Assembly (NCBI GenBank): GCA_964607285.1
Contig: CAZSJW010000001.1
Span: 66,514 to 130,513, forward strand
DNA length: 64,000 nucleotides
Direction: 5' to 3'
From: an uncultured Pseudomonadales bacterium
GTDB lineage: Bacteria > Patescibacteriota > Microgenomatia > UBA1400 > PJMF01
Position numbers and translations under genes: made by a program. Below are positions 62,246 to 64,000 of the stretch, one piece after another. Each line of letters begins with the position of its first letter. Position 1 is the stretch's first letter. The notes below the pieces were generated by a model that was given only the letters and a program-made list of their open reading frames with translations, was not told the origin of the DNA and searched no databases.

Positions 62246-63382
62246 ATGTCGGTTTTGATTTTTATTCTAATACTATCTTTTTTAGTGCTTATTCATGAGC
62301 TGGGGCATTTTATAGTGGCTCGAAGAGCAGGTATTACTGTTGAAGAGTTTGGAATTGGGTACCCACCACTAGCAATGAAGCTATTTACCTGGAAAGGAAC
62401 AGTTTTCTCGTTAAACTGGATTCCGTTTGGTGGCTTTGTTCGCATGGCTGGGGAGGAAAGTGAAGCGGAAGACGAAGAGCAAGTTAGCAAAGGTAAAAAA
62501 TTATCCACTGGTCAATTCTACCAAGCTAGCAGTTTAAAAAAATTGGCGGTTATTCTGGCTGGTGCAGCAGTTAACTTCATGTTTGGTGTAGTTGCATTTT
62601 CCATTGTCTTTTCTATCCTGGGTATTCCAAAAGAACTCACAACAGCTAGGATAGGGGCTGTTGCACCTGAATCCCCAGCAGCAGAAGCAGGGCTACCAGC
62701 AGGTGTTGAGGTTATTGCGGTAACTTCAGAAAATGGTGAAGTGACATCCATTAGTACTAGTCAGCAACTAATTACTGTTATTACAGAGTATCGTGGACAA
62801 ACAGTCACACTCACAACCACTGGCCCGTGTCAACATACTGTCTGTGCTGAGTCAGCACAAACTTTTTCCGTGTATTTGCGAACTGAAGCAGAAACACCGC
62901 AGAACCAAGGCGCTTTGGGAATAGTATTTGAGTCGATGATTTTCCAACACTATCCTTGGTGGCAGATGCCTTTTCGTAGTGTCTGGTATGGAATTGATCA
63001 GGCACTATCTTTAGGTCAGCAAATACTAATGGCTTTGGGATCAATAGTTACGGATGTTTTTAGATCAGGTAGTGTGCCTGATGAGTTGGCAGGACCTGTT
63101 GGTATTGTGCATCAGGCCCAAAGTAGTGGATTGTTCTCTGAAGGTCCACTTGCATTGCTCTCCTTTGCTGGCATGTTGTCTGTCAATTTGGCTATTATGA
63201 ATGTATTACCCATACCACCACTAGATGGTGGGAGAGCTCTTCTGCTACTATTAGAGCCATTAATTTCTAAACAAAAGCGTTTGAAAATTGAGTACTATGC
63301 AAACTATAGCGGGTATGTGCTATTGTTAGGCTTGATTATCTTCATAACGTTTCGAGATATATCAAGAGTATTTTTAGGATAA
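62246..63382 (+). CDS. rseP: RIP metalloprotease RseP (M50) with PDZ domain
   Basis: IHELGHF, EEFGIG, IPFGGFV, SPAAEAGL, GPVGI, NVLPIPPLDGG. Confidence 0.93.
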   Translation: MSVLIFILILSFLVLIHELGHFIVARRAGITVEEFGIGYPPLAMKLFTWKGTVFSLNWIPFGGFVRMAGEESEAEDEEQVSKGKKLSTGQFYQASSLKKLAVILAGAAVNFMFGVVAFSIVFSILGIPKELTTARIGAVAPESPAAEAGLPAGVEVIAVTSENGEVTSISTSQQLITVITEYRGQTVTLTTTGPCQHTVCAESAQTFSVYLRTEAETPQNQGALGIVFESMIFQHYPWWQMPFRSVWYGIDQALSLGQQILMALGSIVTDVFRSGSVPDELAGPVGIVHQAQSSGLFSEGPLALLSFAGMLSVNLAIMNVLPIPPLDGGRALLLLLEPLISKQKRLKIEYYANYSGYVLLLGLIIFITFRDISRVFLG

Positions 63383-63388
63383 AAGCCT

Positions 63389-63643
63389 ATGAGTGCTAAG
63401 CGTAAAAAAACTAAGGCGGAAAAACAGAAGGCAATGGCAAAATGGAAGCAAAGGATTGTTTCGCTAGAGGTACCAGAGGTAATAAACGTTGGTACTAGAA
63501 GTAATTCAAGTCAGACTTCTGATTCTGTCATTTTCGATCAAAATCAGGTACGCTTAGTATATAAAGATATTAGAACAAGCCTCATAGCTACGATATTTGT
63601 TGCCTGTATGTTGGCAGGCACGTATGTTATGATGCGTTTTTGA
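63389..63643 (+). CDS. Small basic protein with C-terminal TM
   Basis: 84 aa; KRKKTKAEK..VYKDIRTSL + TM. Confidence 0.55.
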   Translation: MSAKRKKTKAEKQKAMAKWKQRIVSLEVPEVINVGTRSNSSQTSDSVIFDQNQVRLVYKDIRTSLIATIFVACMLAGTYVMMRF

Positions 63644-63669
63644 TGTGTGTATAAGGAGATGCACTGCCT

Positions 63670-64000
63670 ATGCAAAAAAAAGGTTTATTACTAGTTTTAG
63701 GATTGTATGTGGTTTCAACACTCATTTCCTATTCAGCGTTTTCTGCTTTGAATAAGTCTGATGGGAGTACTTCACTAGGCGAACAACTCGAACAAGAGGA
63801 ATTAGAAGAAGGAGAAACATTGCTTGCTGCTTTACTTCAAATTGATCCTTCTGAACCTAAAGATCAGCCTTGCCCGCTAAATGGTCAGTTGTATACTCAA
63901 ACTGAGAAATCCGCTTGGGAGAAACGAAGACCGCTAGCTGTAATGATTGAAAACTCTCCAGACGCTAGACCACAGTCTGGTATGGGGAGAGCAGATGTTG
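63670..64000 (+). CDS. DUF3048 (YerB-like) protein, 3' end runs off the window
   Basis: Not in ORF track; manual translation MQKKGLLL...CPLNG..RRPLAVMIENSPDARPQSGMGRADV. Confidence 0.85.
   Translation, partial: MQKKGLLLVLGLYVVSTLISYSAFSALNKSDGSTSLGEQLEQEELEEGETLLAALLQIDPSEPKDQPCPLNGQLYTQTEKSAWEKRRPLAVMIENSPDARPQSGMGRADV

Overview
Genetic-code-11 bacterial DNA whose gene content (short MetG, RmuC, DUF3048, frr directly beside rseP, many Pro/Thr-linker surface proteins, apparently leaderless genes) suggests Patescibacteria/CPR, probably Microgenomates-like (inference). From left to right: (1) a polyprenol-linked glycosylation cluster (PMT, UbiA-like, WecA/MraY-like, ArnT-like, GT2), then tatD, metG and rmuC; (2) a ~30 kb surface-structure locus (12.9-43 kb) with pilin/WxL-like proteins ending YTDT(L/I)TIVAxxxF, DUF916/PapD-like membrane-anchored Ig proteins (one pseudogenised), giant adhesin/fibre proteins and a LytR_C protein. 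Embedded in this locus is a strongly divergent F-type ATPase set (c-like, b, delta, alpha, gamma, beta, with epsilon on the opposite strand). Its c-like subunit has no carboxylate and no a subunit is seen. This is the best candidate for an undescribed system: an ion-uncoupled rotary ATPase tied to surface filaments. (3) An accessory region with an orphan His/Trp-type attenuator, a lone purF, NUDIX and methyltransferase genes, an arsR/thioredoxin remnant, a crtI-crtB-crtY carotenoid cassette, tRNA-Glu(CTC) and a TasA-like pair, followed by rmlA, frr, rseP and DUF3048. Several pseudogenes and a two-gene truncation junction at ~24,675 indicate local decay or an assembly artefact. All calls are from motif recognition by eye; no searches were run.
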